From assembly GCF_006345805.1 (NCBI RefSeq), contig NC_042999.1:10602001-10666000 (forward strand): DNA of 64,000 nt, in the 5' to 3' direction. Numbering within the stretch: position 1 is the first letter of the stretch; each line of letters starts with the position of its first letter. This document shows positions 13,621 to 26,900 of this stretch, in pieces. The position numbers and the translations under genes are program-made. The notes under the pieces were generated by a model, which did no database searches, was not told the DNA's origin, and saw only the letters and a list, made by a program, of their open reading frames with translations. Origin of the DNA: Octopus sinensis (lineage: Eukaryota).

Positions 13621-14767
13621 AACGACAGTGCATGAGTGTGCGAAGAACTGGAAAGGGGACAATCTATAATGCTTTCTCTTTCCTTCATTATGTTCTTCCC
13701 TTTTGTGATAATCTATTAAAATATAAACTGTTTAATGAATAAGCTTTGTGAATCTCATTCCAAACTGAGATATATATAATGAGTGTAAAGTAAAATGTGA
13801 GTGCTCTTATCATCAGAGGTAGATGGAGAAGTGCAGTGGTCATCACTTGAAGAAACTTCAGTCAGCAGTGGTCAGTCAGAAGATGGAGTTAATCCTGGAC
13901 AAGGCACCAAGAAAAGGGGGGAAAAGTTTCAACCAGAGGTGGCACTTGCTTATGACCATCTTGTGATGTCAAGACATGGGTACATACACATCTACTCACA
14001 CATACATTCCAACAAGGAAGAATGGTTATACTGCAAAATAGGGACCCCCCCTACCCCATCCCTGCTGAAAACTGGTGTTTGTGTCGATGTGTACAATGTG
14101 TTTATGTTTCCTCCAACAGTAATTGTCTACAACATCATATTAAACTAATTAAGTTATGGATGATGCTTAACAGAAGGTTTAAAGAAAATACTCATTAAAA
14201 ATGTTCCATCTAGAAAAATATTTTAGTTAATTGTAGCATCCAGGGACATCTCTGTCAGGAGAAGAGACAGAATTTCTTGTCTAAGCATTTGTCTTTTTTT
14301 TTTTTTTTAATTATAAGTGATGTTAGCACTTAAATTATAAGTGATGTCATGTGGCAAAGATTGTGGCTTCAGATTGAAATTAATGTCATATTTCCTCCAG
14401 TAACAAACAGCTACACCATCTCAGCAAAATGACTGTAGACGACCAAGCTCTGATGTTGTGCACAGTAAAATCATCACAGTCATCATCATCATAATCATCA
14501 TAATCATCCTTTTACTGTCACTTTTGCATCGGTTGCAAGGAGCTGATTGAGGTAAATATTCAAGAGCCAAGTGTTCTTCCTGCTGCCAACTCTCACTTGT
14601 TTCCAAGTAAGGTAATATTTCCTCATGATCAGACATTATTCACAGGAAACTGGAAATGAATGACATTTGCTTGTATGAGAGTGACACACTGTTATTACTA
14701 TGCAATGGCAAAACAAGGAGACACAAATACACACGCATTATATATATATATATGTGTGTGTGTGTGT

Positions 14768-15070
14768 GGAGGTGCAATGGCCCAGTGGTTAGGGCAGCGT
14801 ACTCACGGTCGTAGGATCGCGGTTTTGATTTCCAGACCAAGCGGTGTGAGTGTTTATTGAGTGAAAACACCTAAAGCTCCATGAGGCTCCAGCAGGGGGT
14901 GGTGGCGATCCCTGCTGTACTCTTTCGCCACAACTTTCTCTCACTCCTTCTTCTGTTGGCCTGCTCGCTTAGCCGGTGGGGCGGCGTCATTTTAAGGCTA
15001 AAACAATGCAAAGTGTATTGTGACCAGCGATGTGTAACAACATCTGATAGCCTGGCCAGTCATGTGATCA
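14768..15070 (+). mobile_element. tRNA-derived SINE, family C
   Basis: A box tggcccagtgg, B-box-like ggttttgatttcc, unrelated GC-rich body. Confidence 0.75.
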
Positions 15071-15079
15071 TGTGATATA

Positions 15080-15590
15080 TATATATATACATATATCACT
15101 CAAGATACCATTTGACCCGAAGAGTAGCCTGTGGTATACACCTTGCTTGGATATTTACCACTTCTGAGGTTCTACTCACAATGAAACATATGTAGTCCAG
15201 ATCTTATCTACTCCATTCCTTAACTCTTGTATTCTTATTCGCACACCCAGCAACCCTGGTTGCCTACTGTGAAATATCGTACTTCAATACAAAAAAAATC
15301 CACAACCTTCCGTCTCATTAAACCACCATTTCCCTATAAGTTGGTTTTTTATATTTACTACAGATTGCTTGAAGCTAACCTCCTTCCTACACCTCAATTC
15401 CCAGATTTTGTCTTCCTCTTCTCTTGGACTTTACTCTGTCTCCAGTTTCTGAAGAAGAGCTTTGCTCGAAATGTAAAACCACCATTTTTTCTTCCCTGAG
15501 CATCTGTTAATACTTTACACATACCACACCCTCACATTGTTGGTTTTTCCTTCTTCTTGTGTTTTCTTTCTTCGTTTTTTTGGGGGGATT
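15080..15590 (+). mobile_element. Penelope-like element 3'/pLTR fragment with hammerhead motif at 15445-15479
   Basis: gttt-CTGAAGA-a-gagc-ttt-gctc-GAA-ATGT-A-aaac: stem I gttt/aaac, stem II gagc/gctc, ACGT changed to ATGT (CpG decay). Element boundaries approximate. Confidence 0.6.
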
Positions 15591-16629
15591 AATTACGAAT
15601 ACATATATATATATATACACACACACACACATATATATATACATGTATACATATATATATACATACATACATACATACATGTGTGCGTGTGCAGGCACAC
15701 ACACACACACATGATGAGTTTCTCTCATGAATGTGAAACCCATTCAGAAAGCTTTCATCAACCTGGTGCCATGCAGCAAGATTGAACCTGAAACCATGTG
15801 GTTGGGAAGAAAGCTTCTGACCCACACATCCCACACCTGTGCTTATAGGGATAATAGTCTCCCAACATAAAATTATCTTCTGCTTAATATAAATCCGCAG
15901 TAAATTTTGGGGGTGAAAGACTGGAAGCTGGGGTGGGTGGATGGGTGGGTGGGTGTGTGGTCGGTTGTAAAATGAGATTCCTTGAAAGGAAGTGTCGAGT
16001 TCCAAAACAGTGAGAACTTGAGGTGCAAAGCCTCAGAAGAAGTTCTGTTGGAAAGATTCAAGAAACAACTGTGTGGAAAGCTTGGCAGTTCCAACCCATC
16101 AGAGACTGAGTTCAAAATTCCACAACAACTATTACAAGTGAAAACAACAAGGGAACTATAGAGATTCAGGTGAAGAACTTTAAGGGTCTTGGGGCAGCTG
16201 AAGGACCTTTAATCAACATTCCTGCATTCTAACCCACTCACCTCTTTTTCAACCCAATTTATTTAACGAGACACACCTGGCTGCTGCATACAGAGCAGCA
16301 GACTAAAAATTGGCAGTATCTATCTTGTTTTAATTGAATTTTAATGAAACCGTTATTCTAATTTCATGTTTTGACTTTCTTTTTCTCTCAGAGAGTTCAT
16401 AATTTAACTTTTCCAAGTTCAAAGCTGCTGAAAGTGTTCTAACTAGCAACTGTTTAAGACTTTCAGTACAGGAAGCATTAAAACACACACACACAATACC
16501 AGCAGAGCATCTGATAGCTGACATACTTTTAGTTGTTGAAAGGGAGTGTTTTAAATTTAAAGAGAGGAAGTCCATAAAGTAGAATAATTTGTTAATGTTA
16601 ATAATAATAATAATAGTAATAATGATAAT

Positions 16630-16858
16630 CCTTTTAGATTTTGGCACAAGGCCAGCAATTTGCGCAAAAGGGGCAAGTTGATTATGTTGGCCCCCAGTGC
16701 TTTACTTGTACTTATTTTATTAACCCAGCACTTAACTGGAACTTACTTATCAACCTCGGAAGAGTGAAAGGCACATCTGACCTCAGAGCTTTGAGCCGGA
16801 AAAAATCCGTTAAGTATTTTGTCCGGTGTGTGAACAATTCTACCATCTTGCCGCCTAA
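16630..16858 (-). mobile_element. SINE family B in a (TAA)n tract
   Basis: Family B core, (AAT)n on both sides. Confidence 0.8.
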
Positions 16859-18796
16859 AATAATAATAATATAATGACATCATTGTTTTTATTCCGAAAT
16901 TAGACTCTACCGGGAGTGAGAAAACATGTATTTGATGAAATAAACACTAAGAATATACAAGAAAGAAACAAAAGAAGACAAAAAACAAGCCAAAGGTTAA
17001 GTACAATAACAATATATAAAACAAACAAACCAATGTCTTTCTAAAGCCATAAACCGTAAACAAGATCAAAGTTTTTTATGGTGAAAAGAGGAATTTCCTT
17101 TGTAAACAAGTCTACTTGATTAACATCGTTATTGAGAATAACCAGTAATTACCAACCATCCAAGTGGTTTTGCAGGGTTCATGTCTTGGGATACTTGCAC
17201 CTTGAGCAAGTATCTTCTAACATTACTCCAGGTCAGCCATTGCCTTATGAGTGGATTTGGCAGATGGAAACTGTTAGAAGCTCAGTGAGTGTGGTGTGTG
17301 TGTGTGTGCACCCCAACTGCTTCACAACCAGAGTTGGTTTGTTTACATCCTTGTAACTTAGTAGTTATCAGAGCAATTAGCATGAAGTGATCCCCTGTTC
17401 ATTGACATTGTATTCAACGTTGATTAGTAAAGTGTCAACTGAATGAATTGCACGATTAAGTGTTTTGCATCTCAGTTCCAGTTTCAAGTCCAACTGGGAT
17501 CAACTTTCTGTCCTCAGGTACCAGTAATAAAATAGGTACCAGTAATACAACATGAAAAATTACTGATGCCGAGAAGTAGTGGCACAGGGGCATTGAATAT
17601 GAACAATCAGCAGAGAGGCTGGATGGAAAAAAGAAGAGTTTGCATGGTTCATTGTATGTATTATGTGGTGAGAGAGAGAAAGAAGAAGAAGGAGGAGGAG
17701 GATGACGACGACAACGTAAGACATATAAACTGGTGAATGCAAGAGATAACGACAGCCCAAGTAGGGACACATGATGTGAATGGGTGACAGGAGCTGGTTG
17801 AAGAAATGTCATGTGTTGTTGAAGTACCTGTGTAAGGGGCAGACTAAAGATGGTATAAGAAGAAATGATGAGGTGAGAACACAAGATGTTGGCCTCTGCA
17901 GATGTAATGGGGAAGTATCTATATGAAAAGTGCTATGCTATGTGGTGGACCTGTGATTATTACAACACTGAGGAGTAATAGAGGGAAATCAATACAATTG
18001 AATATTTTATCATTCAATAATTTACTTTGATCTCTTTATCATGAGAAATCCTTATATTTAGCATCACATCAATAGCAGAAATTCAAGATTTATTCTTTTA
18101 ATGTTTTTGGAAAGTGCATTGAAAGAGTTTTACAAAGTAAACAAGAAACTTATATGACATTACATTAAAACATTTCCCAACTAATCTCCTTTCCTACTCC
18201 ACAGAGAATAAGTGAACTCATCATTCTTCGTACTTCTAAATAAAATCAAAGAAATATTTCTAAAGTTTTACATTAACTCGCCATCTTAAGATACCAACAA
18301 ATTCCTCTAGTATTTATAGAATTTAATTGATCTAAAACTGACATTCTAAGTGAACACCAAAAAAAAAGAAATAACCCCAAAAATCAATACCAGAAATATT
18401 AACAAAACCAAAAAGTCAACCAGCTTTTACCAGAAACGCCGCCTATCTAATAATACATTATCATCAACATTAATTCCATGTTCTTTTCTCCATATTGGCA
18501 TTGGCTGGATGAGTCTCAAAGAAAACATTTCTCTCAGAGGTTTAATCTTACTTTATCTTATCTATCAGGCTTGATGTTCTTAGGCCTGACCTAATTACTT
18601 CCCATACTTTCCTTCAGTTCCTTCCAGTACCAAAAATATACCAAAGAAGACTTCACATCATGAATCAGTAAATTATTTTTGTGATGCCCCACTTTTGAGT
18701 TTGTAACATTTTCCCCAGGATCCACACTGTGTATTATACCATATCTTACATATAAAAAGACTCCCACAGTCTCCTCCCCAAACTGTTTCAATTACT

Positions 18797-19296
18797 GACG
18801 AAGACTGAGACCTCTGAGATATGCTGTGACTGTGAAGACCCGACAAATGAAGTGAGTTCATGGCTCACAGGACGGCCTGCTGTGCTAACCTTGGATCGTA
18901 GAGTGACCTGCTGTTCTTGAGGAGATCTATTGAGTCAAGTACGTCGACATCAAAATAAAAATCAAATGGAAATTGTAGTTCAGATACCGGTGCCAGTGAC
19001 ACGTAAAAAGCATCATCCAAATGTGGCAAGATTCCAGCACCACCTGACTGGCCCCCATGTCGGTGACACGTAAAAAGCAGCAACCGATTGTGGCAGTTTG
19101 CCAGCCTCCTCTGGGCCCTGTGCCAGTGGCACGTAAAAGCACTCACTACACTCACGGAGTGGTTGGTGTTAGGAAGGGCATCCAGCTGTAGAAACACTGC
19201 CAGATCAGACTGGAGCCTGGTGCAGCCTTCGGGTTTCCCAGACCCCGGTAAAACCGTCCAACCCAAACGGACGTTAAACGATGATGATGATGATGT
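18797..19296 (+). mobile_element. RTE LINE 3' end (ORF end, 3' UTR and (GAT)n tail)
   Basis: Begins with ...RYAVTVKTRQMK*, then a UTR with gtgccagtggcacgtaaaaagca subrepeats and the tail gttaggaagggcatccagc...ggacgttaaacgatgatgat shared with 48830-49006. Confidence 0.85.
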
Positions 19297-20353
19297 TTAT
19301 GTCAGCAAAAATAAACAATCATGACACAAAAGACTGACTAAAAGCCATCAAGTGCTCAATGGTCCACAAAGAGAGAAGCTTTTTTAAAAAAATGTAGGAA
19401 AAGTACAAAACCCACAGAGAACACCCCAGAGAACCATTTGAGGACCACTGCTTGTCTATTGTTGACTCTTGCTCTAAGTCATGTTAGCTGCCAAATTCCC
19501 TCAAATCACACTCATCTTGCGAAGGGAGAAAGACAAAAGATATACAATGACTAGGAGAAAGAAAAGATGAACATAGGTCTGCCCACTAAGAGGTAAACTG
19601 AGGCTAAACAACAACTTCCCAGTTGTAACCCACAGAATGTTTATATTTTGGATACAGTATTTCCCATTCATAAAGCTTTATTAGGGTAACTGCCATTTTA
19701 TTTAAAGTTTCTTTTCAGTTGATAATTTTATTACATTAAATAGTATCCTGATATATAATCTCCTAGCAATGGCTATGTGGTTAAGAATTTTGCTAAGGGA
19801 CCACAGAGTTAGGGGTTCAATCCCACTGTGTGGATGTTGTCACATCCTACATTACAGCTGCAGTACCTGTTGAAAGAATCTTATTGCATGTGTGCCTTTG
19901 CATGCATGAATGAGTTTGTTTCCTCTCATCTTCCTCTGTATTTCTGTTTGTAAAGAAAAGCATCACTATTCAAAGAGGCTGTGTTGTTTGGTGGTCATCT
20001 ACCATGAAAGCCTGCCTGGGCTTCTTGACCAGTTGGGCACATTTGGACAGAGTCATTAGTTTCCAGTTCTCCGTGTTTGTTGTACAATAGACTAAGGGAT
20101 TATTACTTTGCTTGGACACAGGTGAGGGCTGCTGCCATGAAGGGCCAACCGTCACCTCGTTTAACCCATGCAAGCAAGGAAAGGTAGACATTAAAACAAT
20201 GGCAGCAGCATACCTCACGTACTGGGTGTGATAAGAATAGCCCCCAAGTCCTCAGCTAACTCCTAGTTAGGACTAATCTGAGTTTAGACTTGTGAAAGAA
20301 ATTACTTAAGTCATGGCAACATAAAAGTGGTTGCACAGACTTGTTTGACCTAC

Positions 20354-20420
<67 letters not shown>

Positions 20421-20889
20421 AATTATATTGTGACAATTTGAAGCAATTAAACATTTACTGGAGTAGTTTTATGATCTTCCATATGGTATGGGTATATTTT
20501 AAAATATCTCATTTTCATTTTATATGTGAGAACATTATTTGCTTATTTTGATAAGATTATTCTTACAAATATTTTTATTTCAAATTAATTAGTCATAAGC
20601 AGCAGGGTCACACCCATGATCTTTGCAGATCTCTTCAGACTGGAGAGACTGATGATGCCAGTGATTGGTTTGGACTTTTGACATCGGACTACATAATTCC
20701 AAATTCAACACCAGCTGTAACAATTCTCACCAATCTGTAAAAGCCGTGAGTGTTACCCCTCATCCCATGACTAACCGGTCATGATGATTTCTTTTATTTT
20801 CATAATAATGTGCTTCTCATTAGCCACAAGGAATGAGAAAAATGATCAACGATGATACTAGACAATACAGTAAGGGATTAGTGCTGTGT

Positions 20890-21510
20890 CTTTTCCTCCA
20901 CCGTCAATTCGTCAAACGTCTTTGCGTCCATGTCTTCTGGTCTGATGTCTTTTTGTCCAACAACTTTTTGTCCAATTTTAAATAAACTCTTTAGAAAACA
21001 ATGTGATATATTTACAGAACTCTATTGAGCCTCGTTATAGGATCGCTATTATTGTTCTTTTCCCTTGGTGGAGCACATTTGAATATTTGGAAATTAATCA
21101 AAACTCTGAAGGAAGAGGAAGGGTTTGTTCAAGATAAAATGACTAATTCTTTGAGGAGATCCATCAGATTCATGTACATGATATCAAAGAATAACTGAAC
21201 ACTTCAAAATATTGCTCATTGAATGTGGATCAATAAGAAAAATTGATTTTTTGAAGAGTGTGGCATATAATTTGCATCAATTTTAAGCGATCATAATAAA
21301 TCATTAGTTACATCTTATTACTTTTTTAAAATGACTCTTTTTTTTAAATACATTTTACCAGAATATTTTACCTGAATTCTATCAATAAAATTCTCAATGA
21401 TTATTTGATTTTGATATCCACCTTATTTTCTAAAGAGTTTACTTAAAATGGAACAAAAAAAATTATTGGATAAAAAGATGTGGACGAAGTGACATCGGAT
21501 GAAAAGTCAG
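20890..21510 (+). mobile_element. Non-autonomous MULE-like element
   Basis: Loosely inverted ends with ttttgtccaa-type subrepeats (left) and ggataaaaagatgtggacgaa (right). Internal GAHLNIWKLIKTLKEEE resembles the HPNIWKFI motif of animal MULE transposases. Confidence 0.5.
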
Positions 21511-21679
21511 GTCATGGAGGGATTGCATAAAATTTATAAGCAAGGGACATAATGAAATAAAACAAAAAATAAAAACAAAACAAAAACTGAAAAACAAGTC
21601 CCCATAAGGAGTGTAGACTTTTGAGAGCTATTCATAGAAATCCCACACAAGCCACAGTCAGTTTGATCATTAAGGCAAG

Positions 21680-22060
21680 GACCCTCTCCCAATCTTTTCC
21701 CTCCATTCTACAAATGTATGCTCAAATCAGGCCCATTCATTTGCATCAGGCTCATCATTCTCATCCACTTTGGCAGCACTTTTCTCTCTTCTATTTTCCT
21801 TTCCAAGCAAAACTTGTGGGCTCAGCCAAAGAGGAAGCTGTCTGTCTTCAGCCCTTCCAACCTTGTCTACCACACAACCTCTTTTGCAAAGGCCACCATA
21901 CAGATAGAAGCTGCTAACGCTTTCTGGTCAAAGGAAAGTGGTGGAGCAATGGCCGGATCCACTCTGTAAATGACAGCAGCTGTTCAACAGAGGTCCAAGA
22001 GTCTGCAACGGTCAGAGAGTGAGAGTGAGAGTGTAGAATGGCTTTGTTGCTGTGTGAATC
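21680..22060 (-). mobile_element. Degenerate LINE fragment (L2/Crack-like)
   Basis: Decayed segment resembling the region around the LDxxKAFDxVW motif. Confidence 0.35.
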
Positions 22061-22329
22061 TCAGACAAGCAGAGTTGGTAGCAATTTTGTATCTATGGAG
22101 TTTATCTTGAATCACCACAAGAGGGGACGGGGTTAATTGATACCATCAATTCCAGGACTTGACTGCTATTTCGTTTTATCAAGCTCAAAGAGATGAAAGG
22201 CAAAGTTGACCTCACAATGTAAAGAGCTGAAAGAAATGCCACAGAGCATTTTTTCTGACATTCTATAGATTTTGTGTACTGACACAACAACAACAACGAC
22301 GATGATGATGATGATGATGGTAATGATGA

Positions 22330-22690
22330 TTTCAAATTTTAGCATAAGGCTAGCAAGTTCAGGGGTGGGGTTAAGTCGATTACATCAACCCCAAAAGGAT
22401 GAAAAGCAAAGTCAGCTGCTGCTAAACACTTTCCCCAGCATGCTAACAATTCTGTCAGTTTGTCTCCTTAACAATAATAATAGTTTCAAATTTTGACACA
22501 AGGCCAGCAATTTCAGTGGGAAGAGGTCAGCCGATTGCAACAACCCCATTGCTCAACTGGTACTTCATTGACCCCTGAAAGTATGAAAAGCTAGGTTGAC
22601 CTCGGAAGAATTTGAACTCAGAACATACAGAGTCAGAAGAAATGCTGTAAAGTAGTTTATCGGATGTGCTAACAGTTTAGCCAGTGCACC
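22330..22690 (-). mobile_element. Tandem family B SINE pieces
   Basis: A partial and a near-full copy separated by aataataat. Confidence 0.75.
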
Positions 22691-23204
22691 ACCACCACCA
22701 CCTGAATAACATCTTATTAACGCTACGGTGCACCAGATGGTACAGGAGAAACTCACGTGAAACTGCTACAGAAAAACTTCTCATGGTCGTAATAAAACAT
22801 TTGTAAGATTTCTTATCAAAAGAGCTAAATTAAGTTCTCACATAAATAATAAAGGATATTTTGAAACATAGCCATACTAGAGAGAAACAGTAAAACTGCC
22901 GGAATAAAAAAAATGTAAATGTGAATGTTTTATGGCTGAACATTGTCAGAATATAATCATAATTGTTTGAATATTTTCTTGTCTGTGATAATGAGGCTCA
23001 AACAGGCTTCTTAATGGCCTTTAATCAGTTCTTTCATAAATCATTATCACAACTCAGATGAACAAGGTTCTATAGGTAATAGTAGTAGTGAAAGGTGAAG
23101 AAAAACTCAAGAAAAATTTAATATAAGTTAAGAATAATCTAATTGCCATTCTTGTATTTTTCATCAAAGACCCAAGTCATTTTTATATTCATTTTTATAT
23201 ATTA

Positions 23205-23347
23205 CTACATTCTCGGAGTGGTTGGCGTTAGGAAGGGCATCCAGCTGTAGAAACACTGCCAGATCTGACTGGCCTGGTGCAGCCTTCGGGCTCCCCAGAC
23301 CCCAGTTGAACCATCCAACCCATGCTAGCATGGAAAGCGGACGTTAA

Positions 23348-23380
<33 letters not shown>
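23205..23380 (+). mobile_element. RTE 3'-tail fragment
   Basis: Tail consensus plus long (GAT)n. Confidence 0.85.
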
Positions 23381-24306
23381 GTAAATAACAACCACTAAAT
23401 ATTTCACTCTTAACAATTTCACCCTCAGTTAATTTCCACAAGACATCCAAAAACTTCTCTCGTGTTTTTCTGACTTTTCAATGATATTAGATGTTACTGT
23501 GACTCTTTATTGTGTTTTATTTCCTTTTCTTCTTATCCCTTATAATTCTGTTTTATATTATATAGTTATATACAGGTGCGGGACTACTGAGTGCAGACTA
23601 CTAGAAAAACATACCCAGCCTGACTGAGTCATCAAACCCAACTGCAAAACCAAAGTCCCAGGTGGTAGCAGCAACCATCTGAAGGTCTTCTGTCCACAAC
23701 AGAGGGCAACAAGAGCGATAGCATCAACTGCACCAACAGTAGAGTTCAATATTACCGTCCATAACAGTTCTGACTACCACCACCACCACCACCACCACCA
23801 CCACCATAAAAGAAACCCTCAGCCTTCACAAGCACACACACATGCCTTTCCCATCTATCTCAGACCTCTCCAATTCCAAGGCCCTTATCACTTGGTCTTG
23901 GACCAAACAGCTGCTGTTGAGGCAAAGAGGAAACAGAGACAAAAAAGAAAGCTGCAAAGTTCCATGGGTCAGTAGAAAACCTGTCTTCCATCCGATTTGT
24001 ATTTAATACTAACGTGCACAGTCTTTCTCAATGTTATTGTTTTTACAAACTAAATAGTTTGTTTAAATGATGGGATGTTAAACAAGAAAATTCTTGTCTC
24101 GGCATTGTTTTCTGGCTGCAGAAAGAAGTGCCAGCCACCAGGATGTTATCCTAGCCATGTTAAGGATGTGCTTTTGCTGAGAAGGATAATGGGTTTCAGT
24201 AATAGTGATACTCCACAAATGGAGCAATGTTGAAGATCAGAATTTAATAGAAATTAAGACTAAATGACTAAATTCTATCTCTTGTGTGTTTGTGTGTGTG
24301 TGTGTG

Positions 24307-24342
<36 letters not shown>

Positions 24343-24449
24343 AGAGTTTGTTGACTGAATTGATAAGAATCTATATTAATAGCCCCCATTTGATTCTAAT
24401 AACTTTAATCCACAGAATGGAGACTCTGAGTACTGCTCAAGATGAAGGA

Positions 24450-25140
24450 TTGCAGTTTGAGGTTTCGAGGATTGTGGTTTGAGACTTTCTTCTGTTTTCT
24501 TGCAGTTGAAAGAGACCAGATTGGCATATCACAATTGAAGGATGTTTTTGAAGCCCCCGTTCATTGAGTCAGTGATGGTTTGGCATGTGATGTCAAGCTT
24601 GCGAGTTGATAATGTAAAGGTTGAGGAACAGTAGAGAAGAATGAAAGGTGTTGTTATCTGCTTAAGAGGGAGTGCTGTTGAGTGCAACAGTAAGTCATTC
24701 ATTTATGTGTGGAAGGAAATAGGGAAGAAAACCAAACCTTGGGACACACTGAAGCTGATGGAATGAGGGACAGAAGTCCAGCAACACACACAGCAATAGT
24801 GTGATCTGAGAGAAAGTCTTGATAAAAGATTCACACAGCAGAAACAGTTAAGAGCTTTGATACATTGAGGGCAATAAGACAGCCTTTAATAAATTTCTCC
24901 AAGGCAAGAGCACACTGGTGGATGAAGGTGGAAGGTAAGCTAACAGTGGATCTGGCTTTATGAAAACTAAAATGGTGGTCATACCAGAGACAGGGATTTA
25001 AAGTGTTGGAGGAGGACATCATTATTTGATGGCTGTCTCCGTGATTTTAGAGATATTAGAAGTGAGTGTAATGAGGATATAGACAGGTTGTTGGCAAGTG
25101 GAATCGTGCACCATTATTTTATGAATCCAAGCAGAACTGT
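24450..25140 (-). mobile_element. Degenerate L2/Crack-type LINE RT fragment
   Basis: GCLIALNVSKL (ALDISKAFD-like), SVSQG and MNDLL motifs. Confidence 0.7.
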
Positions 25141-25214
25141 CACAGCAGAGAAATATTACCAGAAAATTAACAAAATGCACCAAAAACTGAAATGTTTGCA
25201 TCCAGTAATTGGTT

Positions 25215-25510
25215 GATCAAAAAGTGCTGTGGCTTCTTAATGACGACACCTAACTACAATTTTTTACAGAAATTGAATGAATAGGGCTAAGAAATTATAG
25301 CTCAACCAGCTTACTTCCCAGACCTCTCTCCAGGTGGCTACCATTTGGTCAAGTAACTCATAACTTCCTACAAAAAGCTTTTCTACAAAGCAACAGCTCA
25401 ATACATCTTTTGAAGAATCAGATCTTCAGAATTCTATTCCATCAAAAAATTAGACTTGTTTTTTGTTGACAAAAATGTGAAGATTCTAATGATTCTGTTT
25501 CTAATTCAGT
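25215..25510 (+). mobile_element. Mariner transposase C-terminal relic
   Basis: KLNE*G*EIIAQPAYFPDLSPGGYHL matches the HPPYSPDLSPxDYH motif. Confidence 0.65.
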
Positions 25511-25734
25511 CTGTGTTGAGATATATTAGTTTCAAGTTGATGATTAAAAACAATTAGCTTTGCAATAACTTGATAATTGACACCAGAATGTATCAACCCT
25601 GGAAGGAGCAAGGGCAAAATGGAACCCAGTAATATTGGAACTGAGAATGTAAAATTCCATTAATACTGCAATTTGGTTCTAACAGACGCCGACGCTGCCA
25701 CCACCACCGCTACTACTACTACTAATGATGATAA

Positions 25735-25956
25735 TGGCTTCAAATTTTGTCACAAGGGCAACCATTTTAGGGGAGGGGATGAGTTGATTAGATCAACCCC
25801 AGTACTCAACTGGTACCTAATTTATTGATCACAAAAGGATGAAAAGTAAATTCGATCTTGGTAGAATTTGAACTTAGAACGTAGTGGCAGATGAAATACC
25901 ACTAAGCATTTCGGCCAGCATGCTAACGATTGTCAGCTTGCCGCCTTAACAATAAC

Positions 25957-26007
<51 letters not shown>

Positions 26008-26125
26008 TCATTGACCCCAAAAGTCGACCTCGGCGGAATTTGAACTCAGAACATAAAGACGAAATGAAATGCTCCTAAGCATTTCATTGAGCATCCTAAC
26101 AATTCTGCTACATCACCGCCTTAAT
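25735..26125 (-). mobile_element. Two tandem family B SINEs separated by (AAT)n
   Basis: Copies at 25735-25948 and 26010-26124 with a long (AAT)n between. Confidence 0.82.
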
Positions 26126-26517
26126 AATGATGATAATTTCTCACATTGAAATATACCTGTTTTACAAGAACACAAATTTCTAGGAAAGGGATGTAATGAA
26201 TGGGATCAACTGTAATATTCATGAAATGTGAAAGTGTTTTGATTGTGGGGTTTCTCTACAGAAAAACAATCATCACTGCAAAGAAATACGTAGAAGCATG
26301 TGAAGACACAGGCACATTCTACGTCACAAAAGATCCATCCAATGGATCCATGTTCAAATCAATATTTAATTCTGGCTTAGCAAATTAAAAAGATACCTAA
26401 GAAAAAAATAATAAATAAATAAAACCATGTGGTTTTGGGTTCAATCTAACGATACAGCACTATGGGCAATTGCCTTTTGCTATAGTCCCAGCTTGATCAA
26501 AGTGAGTGGATTTATCA

Positions 26518-26900
26518 ATCATCATCGTTTAACGTCCGCTTTCCTTGCTAGCATGGGTTGGACGATTGACTGAGGGCTGGCGAACCAGATGGCTGCACCA
26601 GGCTTCAATCTTGATCTGGCAGAGTTTCTACAGCTGGATGCCCTTCCTAACGCCAACCACTCCGAGAGCGTAGTGGGTGCTTTTTATGTGCCACCGGCAC
26701 GGGGGGGGGGCAGTCAGGCGGCACTGGCAACAACCTTGTTCGAATGTTTTTACACATGCCAGTAAGTCGACACTGGTAACGATCACGCTTGAATGGTGCC
26801 CTTTTATGTGCCACGGCATGGGGGCCAGTCAGGCGGTACTGGCAATGACCTCGCTCAAATCTTTTACACATGCCACCGGCACAGGTGCCAGTAAGGCAAA
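26518..26900 (-). mobile_element. RTE 3'-tail/UTR fragment
   Basis: Tail consensus plus UTR subrepeats. Confidence 0.85.

Noticed and set aside
17456-17884. 142-aa minus-strand ORF
   Set aside because: Runs through GA/GAA/GGA simple repeats and lacks a usable splice donor in phase.
18985-19145. CRISPR-like repeat-spacer array
   Set aside because: Eukaryotic context, degenerate units, no unique spacers of regular length and no cas genes. It is part of the RTE 3' UTR.
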